Positions 48,056 through 60,764 of a stretch of DNA of 64,000 nt are shown here, in pieces. Numbering within the stretch: the stretch's first letter is position 1; every line of letters begins with the position of its first letter. Origin of the DNA: Octopus vulgaris (lineage: Eukaryota); assembly GCA_951406725.2 (NCBI GenBank), contig OX597815.1, forward strand, positions 55,428,001 to 55,492,000. Reading direction: 5' to 3'. Made by a program: the position numbers and the translations under genes. The notes beneath the pieces are model-generated. The model worked only from the letters and a program-made list of their open reading frames with translations, did no database searches and was not told where the DNA came from.

Positions 48056-50267
48056 CCCCTTAATGGATCGATTATTTTGACATGGCATTTCATTTCAGAG
48101 CATATTTTTTAATTTCCTTTTTTAATTATATAAACTGTGTTATTTAAAAAAAAGTTGTTTTTTTATCTTGTTTCCTTTATTTTTTATTATAGAAATTAAA
48201 ATGTACTTTTACTCAATTGGATTTAAATGAGTTAACTCGGACATTAAAAAAATACATATAACTTAACTATCTTCGATTTTTTATAAGATGTATTGCTTTT
48301 AAATCAAAGGAAATTTTTTTGAAAAATGAGATAGTTTATTTAGAATGATAATTTTTAAAACAAGGCGTTACACACAAAATTATCTTGTAGTCATCACACA
48401 TGTATCTGCTTTCTCTTCGAATCAGACAAGCAATTGATTTCGTGCCATACACGAGCATCTATCTGATTATCTTCTTTGTCATCTTCTGAAAAATTGTCAG
48501 AGTCTGAACTACACGTGTCTAATTCGTCTCCAGAGCTTTCCAGATCGTGAAATGAAAAATCGCTTTCGTGATCGCTGAATATATCTAAATCTTCATAAGT
48601 TTTAAGAAAAAAAATGCGTAAATAATTCTCTTATTTGTATAAATAATAGAGAATCAAAACGAGACAGTTTATTTAGAATGATAATTTTTAAAACAAGGCG
48701 TTACACACAAAATTATCTTGTAGTCATCACACATGTATCTGCTTTCTCTTCGAATCAGACAAGCAATTGATTTCGTGCCATACACGAGCATCTATCTGAT
48801 TATCTTCTTTGTCATCTTCTGAAAAATTGTCAGAGTCTGAACTACACGTGTCTAATTCGTCTCCAGAGCTTTCCAGATCGTGAAATGAAAAATCGCTTTC
48901 GTGATCGCTGAATATATCTAAATCTTCATAAGTTTTAAGAAAAAAAATGCGTAAATAATTCTCTTATTTGTATAAATAATAGAGAATCAAAACGAGACAG
49001 TTTATTTAGAATGATAATTTTTAAAACAAGGCGTTACACACAAAATTATCTTGTAGTCATCACACATGTATCTGCTTTCTCTTCGAATCAGACAAGCAAT
49101 TGATTTCGTGCCATACACGAGCATCTATCTGATTATCTTCTTTGTCATCTTCTGAAAAATTGTCAGAGTCTGAACTACACGTGTCTAATTCGTCTCCAGA
49201 GCTTTCCAGATCGTGAAATGAAAAATCGCTTTCGTGATCGCTGAATATATCTAAATCTTCATAAGTTTTAAGAAAAAAAATGCGTAAATAATTCTCTTAT
49301 TTGTATAAATAATAGAGAATCAAAACGAGACAGTTTATTTAGAATGATAATTTTTAAAACAAGGCGTTACACACAAAATTATCTTGTAGTCATCACACAT
49401 GTATCTGCTTTCTCTTCGAATCAGACAAGCAATTGATTTCGTGCCATACACGAGCATCTATCTGATTATCTTCTTTGTCATCTTCTGAAAAATTGTCAGA
49501 GTCTGAACTACACGTGTCTAATTCGTCTCCAGAGCTTTCCAGATCGTGAAATGAAAAATCGCTTTCGTGATCGCTGAATATATCTAAATCTTCATAAGTT
49601 TTAAGAAAAAAAAATGCGTAAATAATTCTCTTATTTGTATAAATAATAGAGAATCAAAACGAGACAGTTTATTTAGAATGATAATTTTTAAAACAAGGCG
49701 TTACACACAAAATTATCTTGTAGTCATCACACATGTATCTGCTTTCTCTTCGAATCAGACAAGCAATTGATTTCGTGCCATACACGAGCATCTATCTGAT
49801 TATCTTCTTTGTCATCTTCTGAAAAATTGTCAGAGTCTGAACTACACGTGTCTAATTCGTCTCCAGAGCTTTCCAGATCGTGAAATGAAAAATCGCTTTC
49901 GTGATCGCTGAATATATCTAAATCTTCATAAGTTTTAAGAAAAAAAAATGCGTAAATAATTCTCTTATTTGTATAAATAATAGAGAATCAAAACGAGACA
50001 GTTCTAAAATGACATCAACCTCCTCCTGAAGCTGAATATGCACAGAAGTAAAAGTTCAAAACTCAGAAGCATAAACTCTTTGAAATGGCACCAGAATATG
50101 TGCTGCCAGGCGTACGACAACGCGAGTAAATTCGTGATTGCTCAAAAATGAAACGACACAAAACAAATATACTCGTTTGAGTGCTAAAATTAAAAATTTT
50201 ATTTCGACCGAGTCTAAAAAGATACATTTGCAATGCACGAGTAAATTCGGGATAATCCATTAAGGGG
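48056..50267. mobile_element. Non-autonomous piggyBac element containing a tandem array
   Basis: 13-bp TIRs CCCCTTAATGGAT / ATCCATTAAGGGG; flanks TTAT (left, mutated) and TTAA (right). Confidence 0.75.
48328..50003. repeat. Five near-identical 333-334-bp tandem repeats
   Basis: Unit starts at 48328, 48661, 48994, 49327, 49661, with a 9-bp remnant at 49995; units differ mainly in A-run length. Confidence 0.97.
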
Positions 50268-51347
50268 TTAAAACAAAATATCTTTTTCATACCTCTTAAA
50301 ATCACAGGATAATTATATCCGTGATGATATATAATAATTCCAGATTGCTGAATAAATTTGAAAGACAAATCTCTCAAACGTATTTCTGCGAAATGTTATC
50401 TAAAAATACGGGCATAAAAAAACACAGCAAAGAATATTTGAAAATGGCGGGGGTGAAATTTCCGAGGGTCCTTCCCCCGTTTCCCCGGACCCCAAAAAAA
50501 TGGGTGTTGTTGCATATTAGGAGATCACCATAATTCATTCAACAGAAAAAAAAAAAATTCCAATGATTCGGGATGCATCCCCCCACCCCAACAACCACTT
50601 TTCTGAACAAAAATTAGGGGTTTGCAGCATATTAGTCAGGAAAAGGTATTTTGCTACAGAGGAGGTAAATGGATAACCCATATTATATAAGGGTGGGTGG
50701 GAGTAACTGGAAAGTGAGATAAAGATGGAGGTGACGAGGTATCAAGGTAGATTCTCAAGGTACAAGAAGGTGAGTTAGAAGAGAGTATAAGGACAGTGGA
50801 CTGGGAATGATGGATAGGTTCACATAATCGAATGTGGGACATGAGATTTGTAGAGATTCAGTAACTGATCAGGACCAGAGTATTTCCTGGCTCTCAAGAG
50901 GATTCTTGGTCTCTGTGGTGCATTTTAATTATGTTTATATGACATGACTAACATTTACTTTTTCTCTGGAGGTCTTAGCTACTGTAAATCCTCGAGTATA
51001 GTCCACCCTTGAGTATAATACACAGGGGATTTTTAGGGGGCTGTACCTCAGAAAAACCTAAACCTTGTGTATAATATGCACCCCTTCTTTAACTTGAGTC
51101 AAGGAGGTCTATATAACGTCCTTGGTTTGTAAAAATGTATACAGTAACGTCCTTTATTATTGCCTTCTTTATCTTTGGTATCTGTTTAATTTCATCTTTA
51201 TTTCTTCTCCATAACCTGACATTGCTTTCGTCAACATCAAATTTTCTTCCGGCGGTCCTATTACCGTGCTCTTCAGCATATGATATAACTTCAAGTTTAA
51301 ACATAGCTGAATAAGAACTACGAGGCATTTTATGGGCATGTAAATTT

Positions 51348-53860
51348 GATAAGAAAAAATTTGCCAATGTTCTGCGCCGTGAGGATGAAAGACTTGAGGT
51401 ATTTCGTGTTGCAAGACAGTGTGTGAGAGAGAATCGTGATGTGGTAGGAGAGAAATGTGTCTGCATGGATGATGGTTCATTTGCACTAAATGAGGATGCA
51501 AAGAGAGAAGTTTGGAGATGCCACTATGAAAGGTTGCTGAATAAAGAAAATGAATGGGATAAAGAGAGTCTGCCGAATATCAACCCAACAGAGGGACTAG
51601 CCATCCGAGTTGACAATTCTTTGGTAGTTAAGGCAATTAGAAGCATGAAGACAGGGAAAGCCCCAGGCCCATCAGGAATTACTGCAGAGATGCTCAAAAT
51701 ATCTGGCAGTGTCGGCTATAACCTAGTCGCCCATATAATTAACCAGGTGATACACGAAGGAGTCATACCCAATGACTGGTGTAGCAGCATACTAGTCAAC
51801 TGCTACAAAGGTAAAGGAGACGCCCTAGATACAAATAATTACAGAGGTATCAAGCTGTTGGATCAGGTAATGAAGGTTACAGAGAGGGTCATAGCCCAAC
51901 TGATTAGGGAGAGAGTCAACTTGGACGAGATGCAGTTTGATTTCATGCCAGGGAAAAGCACCACTGATGCTATATTCCTGGTAAGACAGCTGCAGGAGAA
52001 ATACCTAACCAAAGATAAGCCCCTGTACCTGGCTTTCGTTGACATGGAGAAAGCCTTTGACAGGGTCCCCCGATCCCTTATCTGGTGGTCAATGAGGAAA
52101 CTAGGGATAGATGAATGGCTGGTGAGGGCTGTGCAAGCCATGTGCAGGGATGCCGTAAGTAAGGTTAGGGTTGGCAACATGTACACAGAAGAATTCAAAG
52201 TAGAGGTTGGGGTCCACCAGGGTTCAGTACTCAGCCCCTCCTATTTATCATAGTCCTCCAGGCAATTACGGAGGAATTCAAGACAGGTTGCCCCTGGGAG
52301 CTCCTCTATGCTGATGACCTTGCTCTAATTGCTGAGTCACTATCAGAACTGGAGGAGAAGTTCCAGGTGTGGAAGGAGGGTTTAGAATCGAGGGGCCTTA
52401 GAGTCAACCTAGCTAAAACCAAAGTACTAATAAGTAGGAAGGTAGACAATCCACAAATGTCTTCAGGAAGATGGCCCTGCTCGATCTGTAGAAAAGGTGT
52501 AGGTAGAAACTCTATAAGATGTACCCAGTGTAAGCTATGGACACATAAGAGGTGCAACAATGTCAAAGGAAGGCTAACTGGGAAGATAGTTTTTGTATGT
52601 GGCAGATGCTCGGGAGCATTAAACTCTGAAAAGCTGCAGAAAACAACTTCCGTCACTTTCCAGGTGGAAAAACTAGAAGTAGTTGATAGCTTCCATTACC
52701 TAGGTGACCAAGTCAGTAGTGGGGGTGGGTGCGTTGAAGGTGTAACTGCTAGAGTAAGAATAGCCTGGGCAAAGTTTAGGGAGCTCTTACCTCTGCTGGT
52801 GACTAAAGGCCTCTCGCTCAGAGTAAAAGGCAGACTGTATGATGCATGTGTACGAACAGCCATGCTACATGGCAGTGAAACATGGGCCATGACTGCTGAG
52901 GACATGCGTAAGCTCGCGAGGAATGAAGCCAGTATGCTCCGATGGATGTGTAATGTCAGTGTGCATACTCGACAGAGCGTTAGTACCTTGAGAGAAATGT
53001 TGGACCTAAGAAGCATCAGTTGTGGTGTGCAAGAAAGACGATTGCGCTGGTATGGTCATGTGGCGAGAATGGATGAAGATAGGTGTGTGAAAAAGTGCCA
53101 ATCCCTAGCAGTTGAGGGAACCTGTGGAAGAGGTAGACCCAGGAAAACCTGGGACGAGGTGGTGAAGCACGACCTTCGAACATTAGGCCTCACTGAGGAA
53201 ATGACCAGCGACCGAGACCTTTGGAAATATGCTGTACATGAGAAGACCAGGCAGGACAAGTGAGTCCAGCCCACTTATGCATGCCTTTCCTCCCTTGGAC
53301 ACACAAAGACCTGTTGAGGCAAGCGAAGTTGATATCGAACCTCATTCGATGACAGGCACCCATGCTTGTGAAGACCTATTGGGGCAAGCGAAATTGAAAT
53401 TGAAATCGAAATCGAAATTGAACCAATCCTATGACTGGCACCCGGCAGATGCCAGGACCCCTGGACTGGTGGTACGTAAAAAGCACTATCCGAATCGTGG
53501 CCGATGCCAGCGCCACCTCGACTGGCCTACGTGCCGGTGGCACGTAAAAAGCACCATCCAAATCGTGGCCTAAGCCAGTGCTGCCTCAACTGGCTTCTGT
53601 GCCGGTGGCACGTAAAATGCACCAATCCGACCGTGGCTGTCGCCAGCCTCACATGGCACCTGTGCAGGTGGCACGTAAAAAGCACCCACTACACTCATGG
53701 AGTGGTTGGTGTTAGGAAGGGCATCCAGCTGTAGAAACATTGCCAGATAAGACTGGAGCCTGGTGCAGCCTTCTGGCTTCCCAGATCCCCGGTCGAACCG
53801 TCCAATCCATGCTAGCATGGAAAACGGATGTTAAATGATGATGATGATGATGATGATGAT
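51348..53860 (+). mobile_element. 5'-truncated RTE-clade LINE with (GAT)n tail
   Basis: RT motifs NYRGIKLL, FVDMEKAFDRVPR, GVHQGSVLSP, LYADD; one frameshift near 52240; RLRWYGHV...RGRGRPRKTW; 3' UTR tandem motifs; (GAT)n at 53836-53860. Confidence 0.93.
51423..53263 (+). pseudogene. RTE reverse transcriptase (frameshifted) with embedded PHD-like C4HC3 finger
   Basis: ORFs 51423-52253 and 52367-53263; CSIC...CTQC....H..C...CGRC lies after YADD. Confidence 0.85.
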
Positions 53861-56254
53861 GTTGTAATGTATAAAATGTTTTATTGGAGATTAATGTTCA
53901 GGTTTTTAAGTCCCGCTTATAAAAACCTTAGTAAAGACCCACAGTAGTTCAAACATTTAATACTGGTATTTAATTATCTATTGTTTGCCACGGTAATGAT
54001 GCCAACTGCCAATACAAACAGCAGGATGAACTGTTTAGTGCTAAACTATTAAGCACAATTAATTAAGCCAGCAGTACCTAGTCGAACAAACATTTCCGCG
54101 CATGCGTAATACAATAATGGTGATGTTCTTAACTGTTATATGGGAATGTAAATATGTTTGCAAATTGTTTTTGTTACATGTTATTCTGTGATCTGAATAC
54201 TTTTATTTTAATAAATGTTGCTTACTGCAAGTTATAGATGATTCTTTTATGCCTTCATTGCTTTCAGGCTTAGCTTAAGGTATTTTCGTGCCCGACACCA
54301 CAAAATGTGTCTGAATAAAGATTGCCAGACAGCAAATAGAGACTTGGACATTGCTTAGAAAATATTTTTCATTTTTAACCTCGTATATGGTATGCACTAG
54401 GGATTTTGACCTTTAAATTCTGGGGAAAAAATGCGGATTATACTTGGATTTACAGTATGTGCTAACCATACATATAGAGCATGAGGTACAAGATTGTTTC
54501 TTTGATGTTTTCTTACATGAGGAACATGCACATGATGTTCATGCCATACATGAGATATTTAAATTGAAGCTTGTGTGCAGCAGGTTAAGAAGTGGTGTGC
54601 AGAATCTTTTGTGTAGATGTGTGTGTGAGTTGATGTGACAGTAAGTAGGTTGTTAGTGTACATAAAAAGACATACTGGAACTTTAAGTACACCAGATAGG
54701 CTGTGTACTCAGAGTGCAATCTGACAGGAAGCTCCAATCCAAAAAAAAAAAAAAAAAAAACAAGACAGATGGGATCCATAGGCTAGTATTTTAGACAATA
54801 CATTTGTTAAAATTATCCTACACAAAATGGAAAAGCACTTAAGTATGCCTTTACAGTCCAGGAACTGGAAAGAAAAACAAAATACCTTATACATACTTAG
54901 ATGCGAGAACCAAAGGTGTGACCCACATTATGTATAGCTCCCTGAAAATATAGTTACATTATCCATCTAAGACACATGACACACAGGCCTAAAACAAACT
55001 GCATGGATTGAATACTGGGATTTTTTTTCCTTTATTGATTATGATGAAAGATCATGCATTTAATTTTTTAAGATAGTGAAAGCTTAATTTCTGTGAGCCC
55101 ACTTGATAAATTAAAAATATTCTTATATATTTGCATTTGCTCTATTCATAAAACAGGTAAATCTGGTTCTGTAGAAGCTGTACAGAATAAGGAGGAGGAA
55201 AAGGAGGGATTCATTGTGATGAAGGAAGCAATCATTTATAACTTTCCATCACCTTTGGGATGCTGAAATCAAGAGTGATAGGTTGGTAGTTGGTAGAGTA
55301 GGAGAGATTGCCTTTCTCAGATATGGGACATATTATAGTGTACTTCCAAAGAGTGGGATAGATTCCTGTAGGAGGAAATTTGAAATAGCAATGAAAATGA
55401 TGTTATCAGGATTGGAGCATTCAAAACAGTTTTTGGATTAGGTAAATGTATGGAGATTAAAAAAGGGAATTTGAAAATGAAGAAGTAAGTAAATGAGATA
55501 GGTTGTATAATTGAATGCTACAAAGCCATTTTTATTGAGGTACAGTCAGTTGAAGAATTTTGCAATGTTGATATAGACTCTCTTGGCAAGGGACCAGAAG
55601 GTTCACTTTAGAAGGTTGGAAAGCTTGCAGGCTTTCTGTCTTGAATTCATTCCAGCAGTGAGGAAACTACTGTCAGTGAGGGTAGATGACTTCCCCCTAT
55701 TGTTGTAGACATTATAATAGAAAGGTCAGGAAGTTTAGTGGAGGAGCCAACCAATTACATTGACTCCAGTAGTCAAGTTGTACTTATTTTATTGATCCTG
55801 AGAGGATGAAAGGCATAGTCTGAGCTTTGTCAGTAGCAAGAATCCACTGGCAACCACATACTAAGATAAAAACAGTCTCCATTAATACAGAGAAACAGTG
55901 ACAGAAAAATCATTGATGTTGCACTTAGCTGGCAGGTTGAATAAAAACTTATGGCCAACAGAAGCAGTATTAGTTCAAAATAGTATTCTATGTATCAAAC
56001 TTAAAGCAGATACATCACTGAAAGTTCAGTGAGGCAGAAATACATATTTAGCAATGCCACCACCACTGTTGGACAATTTTCATCAGCTACAGATCAAAAT
56101 ATTTTTTTAATGCTATACATATATATGAGATGCCATCTTGAGACAATTACCACAGTTTATCAGGTTTTCCACAAGGTATCAGCTTTAAGTATGATACATG
56201 AATTACTATTTTGAACTAATACTGCTTCTGTCACACATAACAAATATAAATATT

Positions 56255-56925
56255 TATGGCAGTGAGACATGGGCTGTGACTACTGAGGATATGCAAAGGC
56301 TTAAAAGAAATGAAGCCAGTATACACCAATGGATGGGTAATGTCAGCGTGCATATACAACAGAGAGTGACTTGAGAGAAAAACTCAGTATACGAGGCATT
56401 AAATATAGTATGCAAGAGAGAAGACTGTGCTAGTACAGTCATGTAATGCATATGAATGAAGACAGCTGCATCAAGAAGTGTCAATGTCAAATTGTAGAGG
56501 AAATATGTGGTAGGAGACCTAGGAAGATATGGGATGAAGTGGTGAGAAAGGATTGTGAGAAAGTGGTGTTCGGATTGACAAGGGGGTTGAGAGAGGACTG
56601 AAGCTCCTGGTGGTTTGCTGTGCTTGAAAAGACATGTCAAGCTAAGTGTGGTTGTCCTTGCATACAGGCTATTCCCTGCTCCCTCTCCATCTGAGCATTT
56701 TTAACCTTGCAGGCTTATGGGTATTAGTGCTACATAAACACACCTGTAAAAGTACCCAGTACACTCTGTAAAGTGGTTTGCATTGGGAAGGGTATCCAGC
56801 CATAGAAACCATGCTAAAACAGACATGAAGCCTGGGCAGCTCTTCAGCTGGCCAGCTTCCGTCAAACCATCCAACCCATGCCAGCATGGAAAACAGACAT
56901 TAAATGAAGATGACAATGATGATGA
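56255..56925 (+). mobile_element. Older decayed RTE 3' fragment
   Basis: GGCAGTGAGACATGGGCTGTGACTACTGAGGAT matches 52870-52905; ends AACCCATGCCAGCATGGAAAAC...GATGA like 53805-53860. Confidence 0.7.
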
Positions 56926-56935
56926 GATATATATA

Positions 56936-56996
<61 letters not shown>

Positions 56997-58409
56997 TACA
57001 CTCCAATGAATTTCATGAAGTGCATGGAGGTTACAGCTTTAGGTTTTAGAATAAGGAGGGATTAAGACAACAAAAGTTCTGTAATGTTTATCTGCAGCAC
57101 TAACTTCAGAAAAATACCCGCCAGCTACCTAATCACTTATCAATCTCATGGGCACATTGGTACACACTTATGTGTATGTATGTGTGTGTGTCTCATCTTG
57201 AGATCACATGGTAGTTGTAAACAAGTGTCACTGTCATGCAAGCAGTGCTTGTCATTTCCAATATTCAGCAAAAACATGTCTGGCCACTGGAAAATATTAC
57301 CTTGTTTGAAAACAAGTGAGGGTAGGTGACAGGAAGGGTTTCAGGCTGTAGAAAATCTGCCACAATAAACTCTGCCCAACCCATACAAGCATGGAAAGTG
57401 TAGGTTAAAAAAATGATGATGATTTATTTCCATATGTCAGGTATTGGAATTGTTGCATGTATTCTATGTAGAGTTATGCCATTAAGAAGGTAGTAATTGT
57501 ATTTCTTACTTGATATTGTAGTTGATATAGATATGGCTTGTTAAATGTCATCTATTTATATTAAACTTTTAGTATATAATGTGAAGTGAAATAATGGAAA
57601 ACATTCTTTTAAAGGTTTTAAGGTCTGTTTCATGCAGAGTTGTTTCTTTCAAATTTTATCTACATGTGGTGTTGGACAGCATTTCATTGACTGTTATTCT
57701 CTTGAATGTTCATTGTTTTAACTAACAAGTTTTAATAGTGAGCTATTTTACTGTTTTGCTCCAGCTAATACATAGAACTCACGTATACACCAATGGATGG
57801 GTCTGTTGACAAGTGGATCAGTGAAACTTAATTCACAACAGGATAATAGAGATCTATCGAGACTTAAATTCACAACACCTATGGATAACTAGCATCACTG
57901 GTGAGGCCACATGATACTTGGTTATTAGATTAACCACTTCAAAGGCAAAGAAGGAAAACAGAAAAAAATGTGCTGATAATAAATTCAAACTTTTATTGAA
58001 GTTAATTTTATTGCAAATTCTAAAATAGAGGAGATTGTTGAAATAGTAGAGCACCAGACAAAATGCTTTACAATTGTTTAATCTCATCTCTTCAGTTATG
58101 CCCAAATTTCATTACAGTCAGCTATTCCCCTTTTTCTCGATTGGGTTGCCAAACAGCAGTAATAAACTGGAGACAAATGATTATATTTGTCCTTTATAAA
58201 AATTTACTTTGTGACTAAGTAATTAATAAAAAAGTTTTCTCAGTTCAAATATATAAATAAGACAGATGTACATTTTATTGGTTATTAGCAATACCTAGAA
58301 CTAAGCCAGGTTATTAGTAATACCAACAATCAAGTACATGAACAGTTTGAAGCATTTAAATTAACCATATTTGAAGCCCACAATAGCAATTTCATTCAGA
58401 ATAAAAATA

Positions 58410-58664
58410 TCACGGTTGAGTAATATAACAGACATCGAGGATACAAAATCTTCTGCGGCAAGTTGGACACGGTGTTTTACCACTTAGCCATGTCTGAGAG
58501 CTATCTTTGTCTTGTTGACTTGCAAACCATTTGCCCATACAATCAAGGCACCACATTGGACGACAATAACACTGTTGACAATCCCCTTCTCTCAGTTCAG
58601 TACATAACTTTTGGAGTTTTACATTTGCTTCTTTCTGAAGACAACCAACGCACGTCTCCACATC
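58410..58664 (-). CDS. TMEM129: Terminal coding exon of E3 ubiquitin ligase TMEM129 (C4C4-type RING); upstream exons not seen in this window
   Basis: DVETCVGCLQ...CQQCYCRPMWCLDCMGKWFAS...PCPTCRRRFCILDVC; acceptor TTTTCTTTACTTTCAG| at 58665-58680; minus-strand AATAAA at 58274-58279. Confidence 0.92.
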   Translation of the reverse strand, partial: DVETCVGCLQKEANVKLQKLCTELREGDCQQCYCRPMWCLDCMGKWFASQQDKDSSQTWLSGKTPCPTCRRRFCILDVCYITQP

Positions 58665-58910
58665 CTGAAAGTAAAGAAAATAATGAAATATAGTTCAATT
58701 CATTGTAATTTGCACTGTTGAACATAAGAATCCTACTTGTAAATAATAATAATTTCTAACATAGGGACAAAAACACAAATTATTTAGAGCAAGGAACAAC
58801 CACTTAGATTAACTTGAATACTGGCACTAAATTTTATCAACCCCAGAAGGATGTATAGCAAACTCTACTTTGGCAGGAATAGAATTCAGAACATTTTTCA
58901 CACTCACTTG

Positions 58911-58913
<3 letters not shown>

Positions 58914-58966
<53 letters not shown>

Positions 58967-59436
58967 CATACACACACACATATAATATGTACATATATAT
59001 ATATATATATAAATATATACATATATATAAATATATACATACATACATATATAAATATATACATACATACATATATAAATATATACATACATATATAAAT
59101 ACATACATACATACATATATACATACATACATATATAAATATATACATACATACATATATAAATATATACATACATACATATATAAATATATACATACAT
59201 ATATAAATATATATATACATACATATATAAATATATACATACATACATATATAAATATATATATACATACATACATATATAAATATATATATACATACAT
59301 ACATATATAAATATATATATACATACATATATAAATATATATATATATATATACATACATATATAAATATATATATACATACATACATATATAAATATAT
59401 ATATACATACATATATAAATATATATATATACATAC

Positions 59437-59472
<36 letters not shown>
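58914..59472. repeat. Complex (TA)/(TACA)/ATAAAT minisatellite
   Basis: Repeating ~22-30-bp units built from TA and TACA. Confidence 0.95.
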
Positions 59473-59476
<4 letters not shown>

Positions 59477-60523
59477 ACAGATGCAAGGAAAATGTAAACG
59501 AACAAAAAAACATTATGCCCCTTGTTCCATTAGTTGGAATCGAACTGGCGCTCCAGTTGTTCAGGACAATGGTATTTCCTTTGTCCTGTCAAAGAGTATG
59601 ATTATTAATGGCCCTAGGCAGAGACCTATGGCCCCCACACGGTCACGGAAAGTTTAAAAAAAATTAAAATGTTGGGGAGGGATCTACACACTGCTGTCAT
59701 CGATATTTCTCTTCTTCTAGCTGCTACCCATTATAAATACGGATAGCACTAAGTTAAGGAGTCAGTGAGTGGGAGAGAGTCGGAGAGAGGCAGCCAAGAA
59801 GATGACAGTCGGAGACAGACAGTTGTAGTTGGAGATGGCGGGGACGAGAGAGAGTAGTGGGAGAGATGACAACGAGCGGCCAGGCAAGTTGCTATAGTGA
59901 GAGTTTGCGAAGTTAAAAATTGTTGCGGACACGAGTTCAGAAACAAATGTTCTGCTAATGTTGTTTTCTGTATGTTTTGAATTCTAATGTTTAAATGTAA
60001 ATGTCTAAAAAAAGAAGAAAAGAGAAAGGCTCTGATGTAACCGTTGCAAAGAAAAAGAAGAGCGTGTTGTTGGCTGTTATTAAGAGAAAAGAAAAAGGAA
60101 GAAAAAATAGAACATGGAAATGTTTTTAAAAGTAGAAGGAACTTTTTTGAGAACTGTCATGTTAAAAAAAAAAAGAAGGAAAGTGATGCTCTAAGAGACT
60201 TGATTGTGAGCTTTGTGTTAAACGTAAAAATAAAATGATTTGTCTTGAAAAATCGAACTGTATTGTGTCAAATGTTAAATGATTTGTTTTTTTCGAACTC
60301 TGTATTATGTTTAAATGCAAATGATTTGTTCTTCGAACTCTGTACATGATCTGTTAAACTGTTGTGAATGCTTTGGTTTTGTTATGAAAAAAATTGTTTC
60401 AATTACGCAACTTCCACCTGTCTCTCTTCTTTTGTTGTTGTGTTGGTTCCTGGCTGCGTTCGCTGCCTTCCCCCCTTCCCGTGGTGGAATCAGAAGGCCT
60501 TGGGCTTGAGTGGCGGCGTAACA
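59473..60523. mobile_element. Probable solo LTR (~1.05 kb) inserted in (TA)n
   Basis: TGTTAC...GTAACA termini, ATAT on both flanks, internal TATAAATA at ~59732, no long ORF. Confidence 0.55.
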
Positions 60524-60569
60524 ATATATATATATATAAATATATACATATATACTCTCTCTTTTACTC

Positions 60570-60740
60570 TTTTATTTGTTTCATGCTGGAGCACTGCCTT
60601 TAGTCGAACAAATCGACCCCAGGACTTATTCTTTGTAAGCCTAGTACTTATTCTATCGGTCTCTTTTGCTGAACCACTAAGTGACGGGGGACACATAAAC
60701 ACACCAGCATCGGTTGTCAAGCGAAGTTGGGGGACACACA
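60570..60740 (-). mobile_element. SINE 3' fragment
   Basis: CATGCTGGAGCACTGCCTTTAGTCGAAC...GACCCCAGGACTTAT is homologous to 16815-16975. Confidence 0.6.
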
Positions 60741-60764
60741 GATATATATATATCTATATGTATA

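Larger units (their letters stand above)
50982..54455 (-). mobile_element. pogo-like DNA transposon derivative interrupted by RTE
   Basis: TA|CTGTAAATCC...GAGTATA and TATACTTGGATTTACAG|TA; N-terminal DNA-binding domain MPRSSYSAMFKLEVISYAEEHGNRTAGRKFDVDESNVRLWR (51150-51330). Confidence 0.8.

Noticed and set aside
48328-50003. CRISPR-like array
   Set aside because: Units are contiguous 333-bp identical repeats with no unique spacers; eukaryotic context.
54770-54945. Possible small minus-strand exon(s) with TTTTCAG acceptor-like sites
   Set aside because: Very short, no recognisable protein similarity, and such motifs are common in AT-rich DNA.
58827-59505. Long YI/CV/HT-rich ORFs here and at 10166-10491, 12250-12539, 22817-23164, 61436-61916
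   Set aside because: Translations of stop-free microsatellites.
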